DNA of 64,000 nt from positions 1 through 64,000 of IMG/VR virus record IMGVR_UViG_649989997_000001. One strand, written 5' to 3'. Position 1 is the first letter of the stretch, and each line of letters starts with the position of its first letter. The notes under the pieces are model-generated. The model was not told where the DNA came from. It searched no databases and saw only the letters and a program-made list of their open reading frames with translations. The position numbers were made by a program, and so were the translations under genes. The DNA comes from a virus (Duplodnaviria > Caudoviricetes). Shown here piece by piece: positions 18,253 to 27,313 of the stretch.

Positions 18253-19248
18253 TCAGGCGATGAACTTCCGATGGGAGTTTTTGACGTTGTTCTGGTCAAC
18301 CATGGCGTATTCCATGGTGGTGTCAATCTTGCTATGACCTAAAAGCTGCTGTACTTGCTCAATGGGCATTCCTTTGTCGATGGCTCTGGTGGCGAGCGTG
18401 CGTCTGAATTTATGCGGATGCACCTTTGGTATGCCGAGCTTTTTGCCCATGTCGCGGAGGCGAATCTCTACGCCGCTGATATGGAGGCGGTTATGGGGCT
18501 TTTGCAAAGAAACAAAGAGTGCCGGATTATCATCGATACGGCTGTCCAGATAATTCTTGAGGTGTATCTTCGTCCGGGCATCGAAATATACGGGACGTTC
18601 CTTGCTTCCTTTGCCAAAGACGATGCACTCGCGACTCTCGAAATCTACATCACTGCGGTTTAGCCGCACAAGCTCCCCCACCCTCATGCCCGTCGAGGCA
18701 AGGAGATCAATCATAGCCAAGTCACGACTATTGGTACAGTTGTCCCGCATTTGCTCCAACGCCTCATCTGTGTAGGTTTCCTTGACTACCTTCGCCGTCT
18801 TGATTTTGTGGATACGGCGCACCGGGCTTTTGAGGATGTAGTTCTCCTCCTCAAGCCAGGCAAAAAAGCTGGAAAGAATACGGCGAATATTGTCGATATT
18901 GGACTTGCTGCATCTGTGTTCCTCCTGATACTCCGAAAGGTATTTTCGCAAATCGTCCGTGGTGATTCGGGTGATGTGCTTATCGAAGCTGCCCAGAACC
19001 TTAAGGAGTGTCGTCTGGTAATAGTTGAGAGTTCTCTCGCTGCATCCCTCCACTTTTTTAGCAGCGGTAAACATGGTCAAAAGTTCCTCATTGCCGTGGA
19101 CGGCTTCGGGGATAGCGGCGGGCGCACACTCCGTGACTGCCTTATTGGCGAGACACTTTGTCAGTGTCTGCCGCAAGAGGATAAGCTGGGCGTTATCCAG
19201 ATGCGGGAGCATCCCCTGCATGATGTCGGTGATCAGGATGTCTTTCAT
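18253..19248 (-). CDS. Tyrosine recombinase (integron-integrase-like, RM-associated)
   Basis: TGMRVGEL, GKGSKER, HKFRR, LLGH, Y catalytic residues. Confidence 0.93.
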   Translation of the reverse strand: MKDILITDIMQGMLPHLDNAQLILLRQTLTKCLANKAVTECAPAAIPEAVHGNEELLTMFTAAKKVEGCSERTLNYYQTTLLKVLGSFDKHITRITTDDLRKYLSEYQEEHRCSKSNIDNIRRILSSFFAWLEEENYILKSPVRRIHKIKTAKVVKETYTDEALEQMRDNCTNSRDLAMIDLLASTGMRVGELVRLNRSDVDFESRECIVFGKGSKERPVYFDARTKIHLKNYLDSRIDDNPALFVSLQKPHNRLHISGVEIRLRDMGKKLGIPKVHPHKFRRTLATRAIDKGMPIEQVQQLLGHSKIDTTMEYAMVDQNNVKNSHRKFIA

Positions 19249-19331
19249 GGTGGATTATCCTTTCCACCGACCGCCACCACCGTTTATCTATTTCTTGAAT
19301 CAGCGAGCTCATTATTGTTTCATTTATATAC

Positions 19332-20207
19332 TCAATTTTCCATATGTTTTTCCCCCTCTTTAATAATTTCTGTTATTAAAGAGGAATACCATACATTTCC
19401 TAAACCATATGAATGTTGCTGTCCTGTCATAGAATCTGTCCATTGATATTCACCGGAATATACTCCCAGTAAAATAAATTCTTTGCTACCATCACGATAC
19501 ATTAGTTCTCCATTATGAACTGTAATATTGGTAGGCTTGCTTATTACCAGTCCACCAGAAGATCCAGGAAATAGCTGCGCGTCAATTTGAAAGATTGGTC
19601 TTCCATTGAAGTTCCCCCCCCAGCAGGATGCAATTATACCTGATTTTATTATAGGAAATTTGTTGTATATATCATAAAATCCTCGTGGATAGCTTGCTAC
19701 AATTATGTCGCTAGTTACTTCGATAGATATTGGCTGATTGTTCGGCAAGTTATCTTGTGTTAGTGTAACTGGAATAATAATATTTTTAATTTCTTCATCA
19801 TCCTGTGTGATTTTTTGCATTATATATTCAGATACATCTATTGCAACTACATCTACATCAATATTTCTATGAAGTAATAAGGATCTTCTTAACTCGTCTT
19901 TCGACAGTGTAATTGGAACCCATTCAATACTTCCATTATGTTCTTTTCGTAAATTAAATGTTAAATTGTGGGCTAAACACTCTACGTCGCCTATGGTATT
20001 GAAAACAACATGTCGATTGGTAACAAGCCAAAACTTATCAAATCTTTCCCAATGGCCCTCAGGCCCATCTGTAGGATTAGATGTTGTTTCATTAAAGAAA
20101 AAACCTGTTGCCTGTGCGCTCGCAAATCCATTTCTTATCGCATATTGTGTTTCTATTATAGTTGTTATTGCAAATAACTGTTGATCCACACTCATTTTAT
20201 CAGGCAC
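19332..20207 (-). CDS. Trypsin-like serine protease (AT-rich)
   Basis: VTNRHV (His), DVVAI (Asp), PGSSGG (Ser). Confidence 0.82.
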   Translation of the reverse strand: MPDKMSVDQQLFAITTIIETQYAIRNGFASAQATGFFFNETTSNPTDGPEGHWERFDKFWLVTNRHVVFNTIGDVECLAHNLTFNLRKEHNGSIEWVPITLSKDELRRSLLLHRNIDVDVVAIDVSEYIMQKITQDDEEIKNIIIPVTLTQDNLPNNQPISIEVTSDIIVASYPRGFYDIYNKFPIIKSGIIASCWGGNFNGRPIFQIDAQLFPGSSGGLVISKPTNITVHNGELMYRDGSKEFILLGVYSGEYQWTDSMTGQQHSYGLGNVWYSSLITEIIKEGEKHMEN

Positions 20208-20222
20208 GTTAAATTCAACTCC

Positions 20223-21353
20223 TTATTTCAAGTACTCTCTCAAAATGGCTAATTTCATAGCAGCGTTTTTTTTGAGAATCTCTCTGATCGTCAATTTCGA
20301 TTTGTCGACTTGTTCGACAAAGGCATAATAAGCGTTTTGAACTTCATTGGGGGGCTTAATGATTTCAAGCCGTGAAATAATAGGAACATTCAAGTTTGGC
20401 ATGGTTTGTCCGACTGCCATATCTTCAAGCATCTTCTTGAATGAAGGAAAGGAAATGATTTTTTGCAGAAAGTCTGCTCTGACTTCTCCAAGAGTACGTA
20501 TTATCATGCTTCCTGTTCCGCAGAGCAAACCAGATGTTTGTACGACGGCACAGCGACCCATTTCACCCCGTCTGCCTAGAACAACATCATTCTCAAAAAG
20601 ATGGTATGCAGATAGTTCTTTATATTTTGTTTCGGAGATTGTTAGTTTTTCATCTATAACGATGTTGCCATCATGTACGTGCGAGGGATTCACTACGGGA
20701 TGCCCGCCCACAATGTAATCTTCTCTGTGGAGCAGTGAGCCGAATGGTCCAATTTTTATTTCGGCTAAGGCTGATAAGGAGACTTTCTGCCAGCCATGAG
20801 TATTCAATATTGGATCACCGAACATCTCTACAAATTGTGATTTGACGAGTTCCTCCATAGCAACCGCCAGTTCTTGATAAGCGGCTCGCGTGTCCTCTAT
20901 CGCCCACAGCACATCAGCCAGTTCACGTTGCTTGTCCATCTCCGGCAACTCGAAGCTGTAAGTTTTCAGATGCTCCCACTTCACGCGGGGTGATAGCGAG
21001 CCTGCCGACCGCCCCACAGCAAAATCAAAGAAGTCGTCGTTTTGAATGACGAAGGGTAGTAGCCTCGGTTCCATCTTATCCTGTATCGCCCGAATTACGG
21101 TAATATCCCCGGAGCAAATACCCTCGAAGGGAGCTATGGCCGCCTTTTTCAGATATGCCCGACGGCGTCCGAAAAGAATATCTCCTTCGTGAAAACGCTT
21201 TGTGAACGTATTATCACTGCCTACGTCATACTCCGACAGGCGAATTTCTCCCGGGGTTATATGTTCAAGGCCGACCGTGGGAAAACCGCTCCTATCCCCT
21301 TTGCAGGTCTCACGGGCTTCCATGGCCACCTCGCCCAATGTCACTTTTGCCAC
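20223..21353 (-). CDS. hsdS: Type I RM specificity subunit
   Basis: Two TRDs joined by the LVKSQFVEMFGDP conserved region; ends EQVDKSK. Confidence 0.93.
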   Translation of the reverse strand: MAKVTLGEVAMEARETCKGDRSGFPTVGLEHITPGEIRLSEYDVGSDNTFTKRFHEGDILFGRRRAYLKKAAIAPFEGICSGDITVIRAIQDKMEPRLLPFVIQNDDFFDFAVGRSAGSLSPRVKWEHLKTYSFELPEMDKQRELADVLWAIEDTRAAYQELAVAMEELVKSQFVEMFGDPILNTHGWQKVSLSALAEIKIGPFGSLLHREDYIVGGHPVVNPSHVHDGNIVIDEKLTISETKYKELSAYHLFENDVVLGRRGEMGRCAVVQTSGLLCGTGSMIIRTLGEVRADFLQKIISFPSFKKMLEDMAVGQTMPNLNVPIISRLEIIKPPNEVQNAYYAFVEQVDKSKLTIREILKKNAAMKLAILREYLK

Positions 21354-21368
21354 AAGACGTTCCTCCTC

Positions 21369-22880
21369 TCAAAATGGTATCGTATTTTCCTCGCAATTGT
21401 CCTTCAACAAAACATTCAAGTTGTCGTAGCAATCTCTGAGTGCCAACGAAGACGCATACCAATCATCGTAACACTCCTGCACACTTCGTGTGTCTTGTTC
21501 TTTCGTCTCCTCCATCGTTACTTGCACGTAAAGAGGAATATTCAGCGAGAAGTCATTTTTCTCAATGTCCCGTATGGACACTTTCTTTGCAAAGCCCTCT
21601 TCGCTTTTATAGGTGTTGTATGCCTTGGAAATCCGCTCGATGTGCTGCGACTCCAAATAGCTCCGCGCATTTTTGCGCGTCACTTCGTTTAGGGCATTGA
21701 TGAACAGCACATGATTTTTGTGCGTATCAGGCTTCTCTGTGCGGCAAATGACAATGCACGCCTCCATGGGGGAATTATAAAAAAGATTTGCTCCCAGTCC
21801 GATCACGCAGTCCACCCAATCAGAGTGCACCAGCTTCTCCCGCATTGCCCGCTCCTCGTTGCGGAACAGCACCCCATGCGGAAACAGGATCGCACAGCGT
21901 CCTGTCTTGTCCTTCATACTCACGAGAATATGCTGAAAGAACGCATAATCGGCTCTGGCCTGTGGCGGCACGCCTAAGATATTCCTGCCGTACTTGTCGA
22001 ACTCGAATGCCGCACGGCTCCATTGGTTCACGGAATAGGGCGGATTTGCAACGATCATGTCGAACTGGCGGAGTTTTCCGTTTTTCGTAAAGGCAGGATT
22101 GGCAAGCGTGTCGCCATTTACGATTTCAAAATCCTCGATGCCGTGCAAGAAGAGGTTCATACGCCCGATCGCGGAACTCAGCAGATTGATTTCCTGCCCG
22201 AAGAGGGACACGTTTCGCCATTCCTTTCCCGACCGCTTAAGGTGGGCAATAGCGGAAATCAGCATCCCGGCACTGCCGCACGTAGGGTCATAGATGGATT
22301 CGCCGGATTTGGGCTGCAATATCTCCGTCATGAGGTGTACCACCGTACGGTTGGTGTAGAACTCTTGCGCCGTATGTCCACTGTCATCGGCAAACTGCTT
22401 GATAAGGTATTCATAGCCTTGCCCAAGCTCGTCCTCCGGACAGTTTTCCAGAGACAATGTATACTTGCTGAAATGTTCCATCAGATCCTTTAAGAGCCTG
22501 TCCGGGAGGCGATTCTTGTTTGTCCATGTGCCATCGCCAAAGATGCCAGTGAGCTTCTCGCTGTTGGCTTTTTCCATCGCGCGAAAGGCTGTGACGATTG
22601 CCTTGCCCACGTCAGATGGAACATTTCGCACATCGTCCCAATGGAAGCCGTCCGGGATTCTGTAGCTATGGATCTCGTCCCATTCGGCAGCCTCTTCACC
22701 GTTTTCTTTGACAGCCTTGGCGGTTTCTTCCTCGTACACATCATTCAGACGCTTGAAAAAGAGCAATGGAAAAATGTATTGCTTGTAAGAGCCGGCATCC
22801 ATTTTCCCGCGAAGGATGTCCGCCGATCCCCAGAGATAGGATTCCAGTTCCGAGAGTGTTATTTTATTCTCCATGGACAT
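21369..22880 (-). CDS. hsdM: Type I RM methyltransferase, NPPY type
   Basis: HsdM_N (LW.SADILRG), DPTCGSAG, ANPPY. Confidence 0.93.
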   Translation of the reverse strand: MSMENKITLSELESYLWGSADILRGKMDAGSYKQYIFPLLFFKRLNDVYEEETAKAVKENGEEAAEWDEIHSYRIPDGFHWDDVRNVPSDVGKAIVTAFRAMEKANSEKLTGIFGDGTWTNKNRLPDRLLKDLMEHFSKYTLSLENCPEDELGQGYEYLIKQFADDSGHTAQEFYTNRTVVHLMTEILQPKSGESIYDPTCGSAGMLISAIAHLKRSGKEWRNVSLFGQEINLLSSAIGRMNLFLHGIEDFEIVNGDTLANPAFTKNGKLRQFDMIVANPPYSVNQWSRAAFEFDKYGRNILGVPPQARADYAFFQHILVSMKDKTGRCAILFPHGVLFRNEERAMREKLVHSDWVDCVIGLGANLFYNSPMEACIVICRTEKPDTHKNHVLFINALNEVTRKNARSYLESQHIERISKAYNTYKSEEGFAKKVSIRDIEKNDFSLNIPLYVQVTMEETKEQDTRSVQECYDDWYASSLALRDCYDNLNVLLKDNCEENTIPF

Positions 22881-25284
22881 ACCCCCCTTTCATCAGAAGC
22901 CGCTGCATTTTCTCCTCTGCAGAACGTACCTTTTCGAGTGTTTCAAAATAAGTACGGCGTACGACCTCCGGCGGCACTACTTTCTGCGGCTTTTTTTCGA
23001 TATAACGCTTCACATTGAGATCGAAGCCCCCCTGCTCGACATCAGCAATGGTAACCACCTTGCAGCGTTCCATCACATCTTCGTAGTCTGCGTAAAACTG
23101 ATAGAGCGTATCCACGTTTTCATCCGAGAGAATATTCTGCGCCCGCATGGGCGTATAGACTTCCGAACCGTCGATGAGGCAGATACGTCCTTTATGTTTA
23201 TGCTCCTTCTTCTTCGTGAGGAAAAGGATACACGCAGACACGCCCGTACTGTAAAAGACACCGCTGGCAAGCGTGATAATAGCCTCCAGCAAATCCGCTT
23301 TGATGATTTCCTTACGGATACTCCCCTCCTTACCGCCGTGGAAAAGTACACCCTGCGGCAGAACCACCGCACAGCGACCGTTGTCCTTATCCATGGATTT
23401 TATCATGTGCTGCAGCCATGCAAAGTCAGCATTGGCATCCGTAGGGCAGCCCCAGATGTTTCTTCCGTACTGGTCGGAATCGAATACATCCGCCCCCCAT
23501 TTCGACATTCCAAAGGGAGGATTGGCCAGCACACAGTCAAACGTTTTGAGCTTGCCGCCTTCGAGGAAAAGTGGTTTCCGAAGGGTATCACCCTGCCGAA
23601 TCTGCACATCCTTTGCGCCATGGAGATAGAGGTTCATTCTGGCAATGGCGGAGGTGGAAAGGTTGTTCTCCTGCCCATAGATTTTTCCGTAGGTCAGTTT
23701 GCTGTTTTTCATATGATGGATGGATTCGATGCACATTCCCCCTGTGCCGCAGGCCGGATCGTACACCGATTCTCCCGGGCGCGGATCGAGCAGACGCACC
23801 ATAAGCTTAACGATGGAACGAGGCGTGTAAAATTCTCCGGCGTTCTTCTTGGACATATCCGCAAATTTCTTGATGAGATATTCGTAGCTGTCACCCATGA
23901 TATCAGCAGTGTAGTTTTTGTTTCCCACCTTCACCTTGGACATATGCTCCACGAGGTCTTTCAGACGTTCATCCGTCAGTTTGTTTTTGTTCGTCCATGT
24001 ACCGTCGTCAAAACTGCTGAACACGCCGGAAAGGGTAAGCGGATTTGCTCTTTCAATGCCCGACATGGCATTCACGATAGCCCTGCCTACATTTTCACTG
24101 ACATTCCGCACATCATCCCAATGGCAGCCTTCGGGAATGTCAAAGGAATGCATATCCTCAGCGGAGGCATATTCCTCATCACCTCCGGATTCCTCCAAGG
24201 CATCCTGATACTCCTCGTCATATACATCGGAGATGCGTTTGAAAAAGAGAATCGGAATGACATAGCTCTTGAACTCATCCTGATTGATCGGTCCCCGAAG
24301 AATATTACACGCCCCAAAAAGGTGATTGAAGAGCTGCTCACTGGTCGTTTCTTCCGGTACGGGAGCAGCTTCTTTCACATCCTCCTCGGCGGCAACAAGC
24401 GATGCCTGCATGATTTCGGCTCTATTTTCTCCGTTGACTTTTCGCTTGCTGCTACGTTTTACGGGAACACGCATATTGCCCATGTTCTTTTCCATAACGG
24501 GCGGGTACTTGTTCTCGAAATTCATTAAAATCCGCAAAAGCTCTTCATCCAGGAACGTGAGTACGTGTTTTCGTATGTCGGACGGGATGCCGTAATAAGC
24601 CTCGGCAATTCCTCCAGTGATGGCAGCAACGGTGTCGCTATCACCACCGATGGAAATGGCATTTCGGATGGCATCCTCAAAGCCCGTGGACTCGAAAAAG
24701 GCCATAAGTGCTTGCGGTACGGTGTCTTGGCAAGTTTCGTTAAACTGGTATGTATCGCGAATACCGTCCAGCGTAAAATTCATGGGGTAGTAATTTTTGT
24801 CAATAACGTCCCGTATCTCCAAAATACTGCTGCCGCTCCGCGCCATATAAAGAGCCCCCACGGTAGCTTCCGCCCCTTTCAAACCTTCTGGATGATTGTG
24901 TGTGACGGCAGTGATTCTTTCAGCGAGCATTTTGGCTTCATCCATACTTCCAGCAGCAAACCCAGCGGCACTGACACGCATAGCGGCTCCGTTACCGAAG
25001 CTGTTATAGGGCTTTGGTTCATCAGAAAACATCCAGCCATAAAAACGACCGCCATAACCGCAGTCAGGATATTTTCTGCCGATACGCTGCATACACTCTA
25101 CGGACTTTTCCGCAAGGTCGCTGTAGTCGGGTTTGCTCTCCAAGATCGCTTGTGCCAATGCGAGCGACATAACACTGTCATCTGTGAAGAAACACTTATA
25201 GGTAAGAAGATCAAACTCCTTCGACCGATGATTGTCCCACTCGAAGCGGGAGCCGACAATATCTCCGACGATGGCTCCTAACAT
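22864..25284 (-). CDS. ADP-ribosylglycohydrolase-HsdM (NPPF type) fusion
   Basis: GAIVGD, FTDDS, SFGNGAAMR, THNH, GGDSDT (ARH/DraG), then HsdM_N, DPACGTGG, ANPPF; AAAGGAGG RBS before ATG 25284. Confidence 0.9.
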   Translation of the reverse strand: MLGAIVGDIVGSRFEWDNHRSKEFDLLTYKCFFTDDSVMSLALAQAILESKPDYSDLAEKSVECMQRIGRKYPDCGYGGRFYGWMFSDEPKPYNSFGNGAAMRVSAAGFAAGSMDEAKMLAERITAVTHNHPEGLKGAEATVGALYMARSGSSILEIRDVIDKNYYPMNFTLDGIRDTYQFNETCQDTVPQALMAFFESTGFEDAIRNAISIGGDSDTVAAITGGIAEAYYGIPSDIRKHVLTFLDEELLRILMNFENKYPPVMEKNMGNMRVPVKRSSKRKVNGENRAEIMQASLVAAEEDVKEAAPVPEETTSEQLFNHLFGACNILRGPINQDEFKSYVIPILFFKRISDVYDEEYQDALEESGGDEEYASAEDMHSFDIPEGCHWDDVRNVSENVGRAIVNAMSGIERANPLTLSGVFSSFDDGTWTNKNKLTDERLKDLVEHMSKVKVGNKNYTADIMGDSYEYLIKKFADMSKKNAGEFYTPRSIVKLMVRLLDPRPGESVYDPACGTGGMCIESIHHMKNSKLTYGKIYGQENNLSTSAIARMNLYLHGAKDVQIRQGDTLRKPLFLEGGKLKTFDCVLANPPFGMSKWGADVFDSDQYGRNIWGCPTDANADFAWLQHMIKSMDKDNGRCAVVLPQGVLFHGGKEGSIRKEIIKADLLEAIITLASGVFYSTGVSACILFLTKKKEHKHKGRICLIDGSEVYTPMRAQNILSDENVDTLYQFYADYEDVMERCKVVTIADVEQGGFDLNVKRYIEKKPQKVVPPEVVRRTYFETLEKVRSAEEKMQRLLMKGGYVHGE

Positions 25285-25298
25285 TCGCCCTGCCTCCT

Positions 25299-26894
25299 TT
25301 ACAGCCGTGCCTGTAATTTTTCCAACGTATTGTTCCACCGTTCCTCAGCGGCTTTTAGCGTTGAAAGATACACTTCCAGTTCCCGTTCGTATTCCTCTGT
25401 CAATTTCTTCTGCTCATGGATGGCAGGAAGCGGTATCTCGACCTCCTGCACATCCCGAAAGCTCAAGTTCACCACTACCGTCCCCTGCTGCGCCGAGGAC
25501 AGGATTTTGCCGCCTAAGGGACTGTCAAAAAACATCTTGAGATAGGTACTGTCCAGCAAATCCTGTCGTGGACGAATGACAACCATATTCGCTGAAGCAA
25601 TGCAGGGATAATCCTGCCGGTGAAACACGGCACTGCGCGTCGCTGTCCCTCTTGCCGTAAGCAGCACATCGCCATCCTCCAATAGATAGCTCGTAAGTTT
25701 ACGCTCAACCTCGCTGATGTGATCCAAGCCGTCGTAATCAATGACATACTCGCCGACATTTGATATGGTGACAACGCCAACATTGCCGTTTTCATCCTTA
25801 CGGGAGATGTTCTTTCCGCGAAAAACCTGCGCCACTTCCTTTAATTTGATACGGCTGTCCTTTTCCATAAACCGTTGCCAATCCTCATCCTGTCGAGCAA
25901 AGAGTTTATCAACGTTCCAATCTCCCTGCTCCGACAGTTCCGATGACACAACGAAGGAATCCTTGAGCAAAACCAGTTCCCGTGATACACGGTTTTTCCC
26001 TTGATCAAATCCGTACCGCTTAATCGTGACATCTTCTGTTTTTCCCGCAGAAATAACGAACAAATGCGTCTTGACTCCTGTACCGACAAATATGCCGTCT
26101 GGGAGTTCCGCTATTTCTTCAAGACAATACATCTCTTGGATAAAATTGCGGAGATTCGCTATACGGCCGCCTCCAAAGGTGATCTTGGCAGGCATGACAA
26201 TGGCTAGTTTGCCTGCGGAGGACAAATGCAAAAGCAGATTCTCCAAAGCAACCATCTCATAATCCCGACACATAAACCGATTGAGATCGTCCACACGATT
26301 GCGTCTCCCCATTGTCGGAACGGACATAATCAAATCAAATTTCTCCCGCAAGAACTCGTATTCGTAGATACTTGTTTTCTGAACGACTGTATGAGGGTAT
26401 GCTCTTAGAATTTCCTTCAACAATATGACATGGATCTCCCGCTCTACCGTAAACAAATAGCAGCAGTAGGCATATTTTTCAACCATATCTTTGATATATG
26501 GCGCAAATCGCTGCCCCTCGGCAATCAAAACCTGCTCTGTTTCCGGCTGTATCTGCTCTTCCATCATTTTGAAAATTTCGCCGGGAATATGCAGATGATC
26601 GCTTTCGTCAAGAGAGAGCATTACTTCCCAATCGACATCTTCAATACCATCTGTCATGCGATAGATCTCATTCAACGAATTTATATCAATAAAAGGATTA
26701 TCCAGTCCCCACTGATCACACTGCCGAAACATGATGTTTTGTACTTCTTGATTGCAACTGCTGCCCGCTCTCTCCCCCAATACACGTCGTGTCTCTCTCA
26801 TCAGAAAAAGTGCTGTAAGAACTCTCTCCTCTGCACTGCCAAGAACGTTGCAACATCCCTTATAGAGCCATTCTTCGTATCTTGCTCCCTTCAT
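25299..26894 (-). CDS. Degenerate N6-MTase-like domain fused to a single TRD
   Basis: FDLIMSVPTMG (degenerate motif IV), GKLAIVMP, LPDGIF..TGV; C-terminal TRD (GDVLL..RGT, IPLP..EQ). Confidence 0.7.
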   Translation of the reverse strand: MKGARYEEWLYKGCCNVLGSAEERVLTALFLMRETRRVLGERAGSSCNQEVQNIMFRQCDQWGLDNPFIDINSLNEIYRMTDGIEDVDWEVMLSLDESDHLHIPGEIFKMMEEQIQPETEQVLIAEGQRFAPYIKDMVEKYAYCCYLFTVEREIHVILLKEILRAYPHTVVQKTSIYEYEFLREKFDLIMSVPTMGRRNRVDDLNRFMCRDYEMVALENLLLHLSSAGKLAIVMPAKITFGGGRIANLRNFIQEMYCLEEIAELPDGIFVGTGVKTHLFVISAGKTEDVTIKRYGFDQGKNRVSRELVLLKDSFVVSSELSEQGDWNVDKLFARQDEDWQRFMEKDSRIKLKEVAQVFRGKNISRKDENGNVGVVTISNVGEYVIDYDGLDHISEVERKLTSYLLEDGDVLLTARGTATRSAVFHRQDYPCIASANMVVIRPRQDLLDSTYLKMFFDSPLGGKILSSAQQGTVVVNLSFRDVQEVEIPLPAIHEQKKLTEEYERELEVYLSTLKAAEERWNNTLEKLQARL

Positions 26895-27032
26895 ATGACA
26901 ACCTCCTCATCAAACCGACACCTTTACTCTATGCGTATATCATATCATGTATTTTATAAGCCTGTCAATAAGATATTTTATTTTGGTATTTCAATACTTT
27001 ATTTTGGTTTTCGTTTTTAAGGATTACGAAAA

Positions 27033-27068
27033 TATCCCGGCATCACCGATTCAAGTGACGCCGGGATA
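27033..27068 (-). terminator. Rho-independent terminator downstream of yhcG
   Basis: TATCCCGGCGTCAC/GTGATGCCGGGATA stem followed by TTTT on minus strand. Confidence 0.7.
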
Positions 27069-27313
27069 GAGTTCACATTGCCCATCGTAGTAATGCTTTC
27101 CACCGCAACGACATGTCATAGGGGTAACGACTACTTGCTTTTTTTGTGCCGTCCGTAATAATGAAGATCACCCATGTTTCCGGAAGTTCAAAGACCTTCT
27201 CTCCTTTTGCCAGTTTCCATGAATCCATCATATTTTCTTTATTAAAAGTCGATCCAAAGACAAAATACTGACTCTACTATGTTGGAAAAGTCACAACTCC
27301 CCTTATACCTAGA

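Noticed and set aside
18253-19248. Tyrosine recombinase as the prophage integrase or a true integron
   Set aside because: It is internal to the hsdS cassette, ~9 kb from the comM junction, and no attC array is visible
17659-21353. Invertible hsdS shufflon
   Set aside because: Both hsdS parts and their repeats are in direct orientation, so inversion is not supported
22873-24528. 551-aa plus-strand ORF
   Set aside because: Antisense shadow of hsdM
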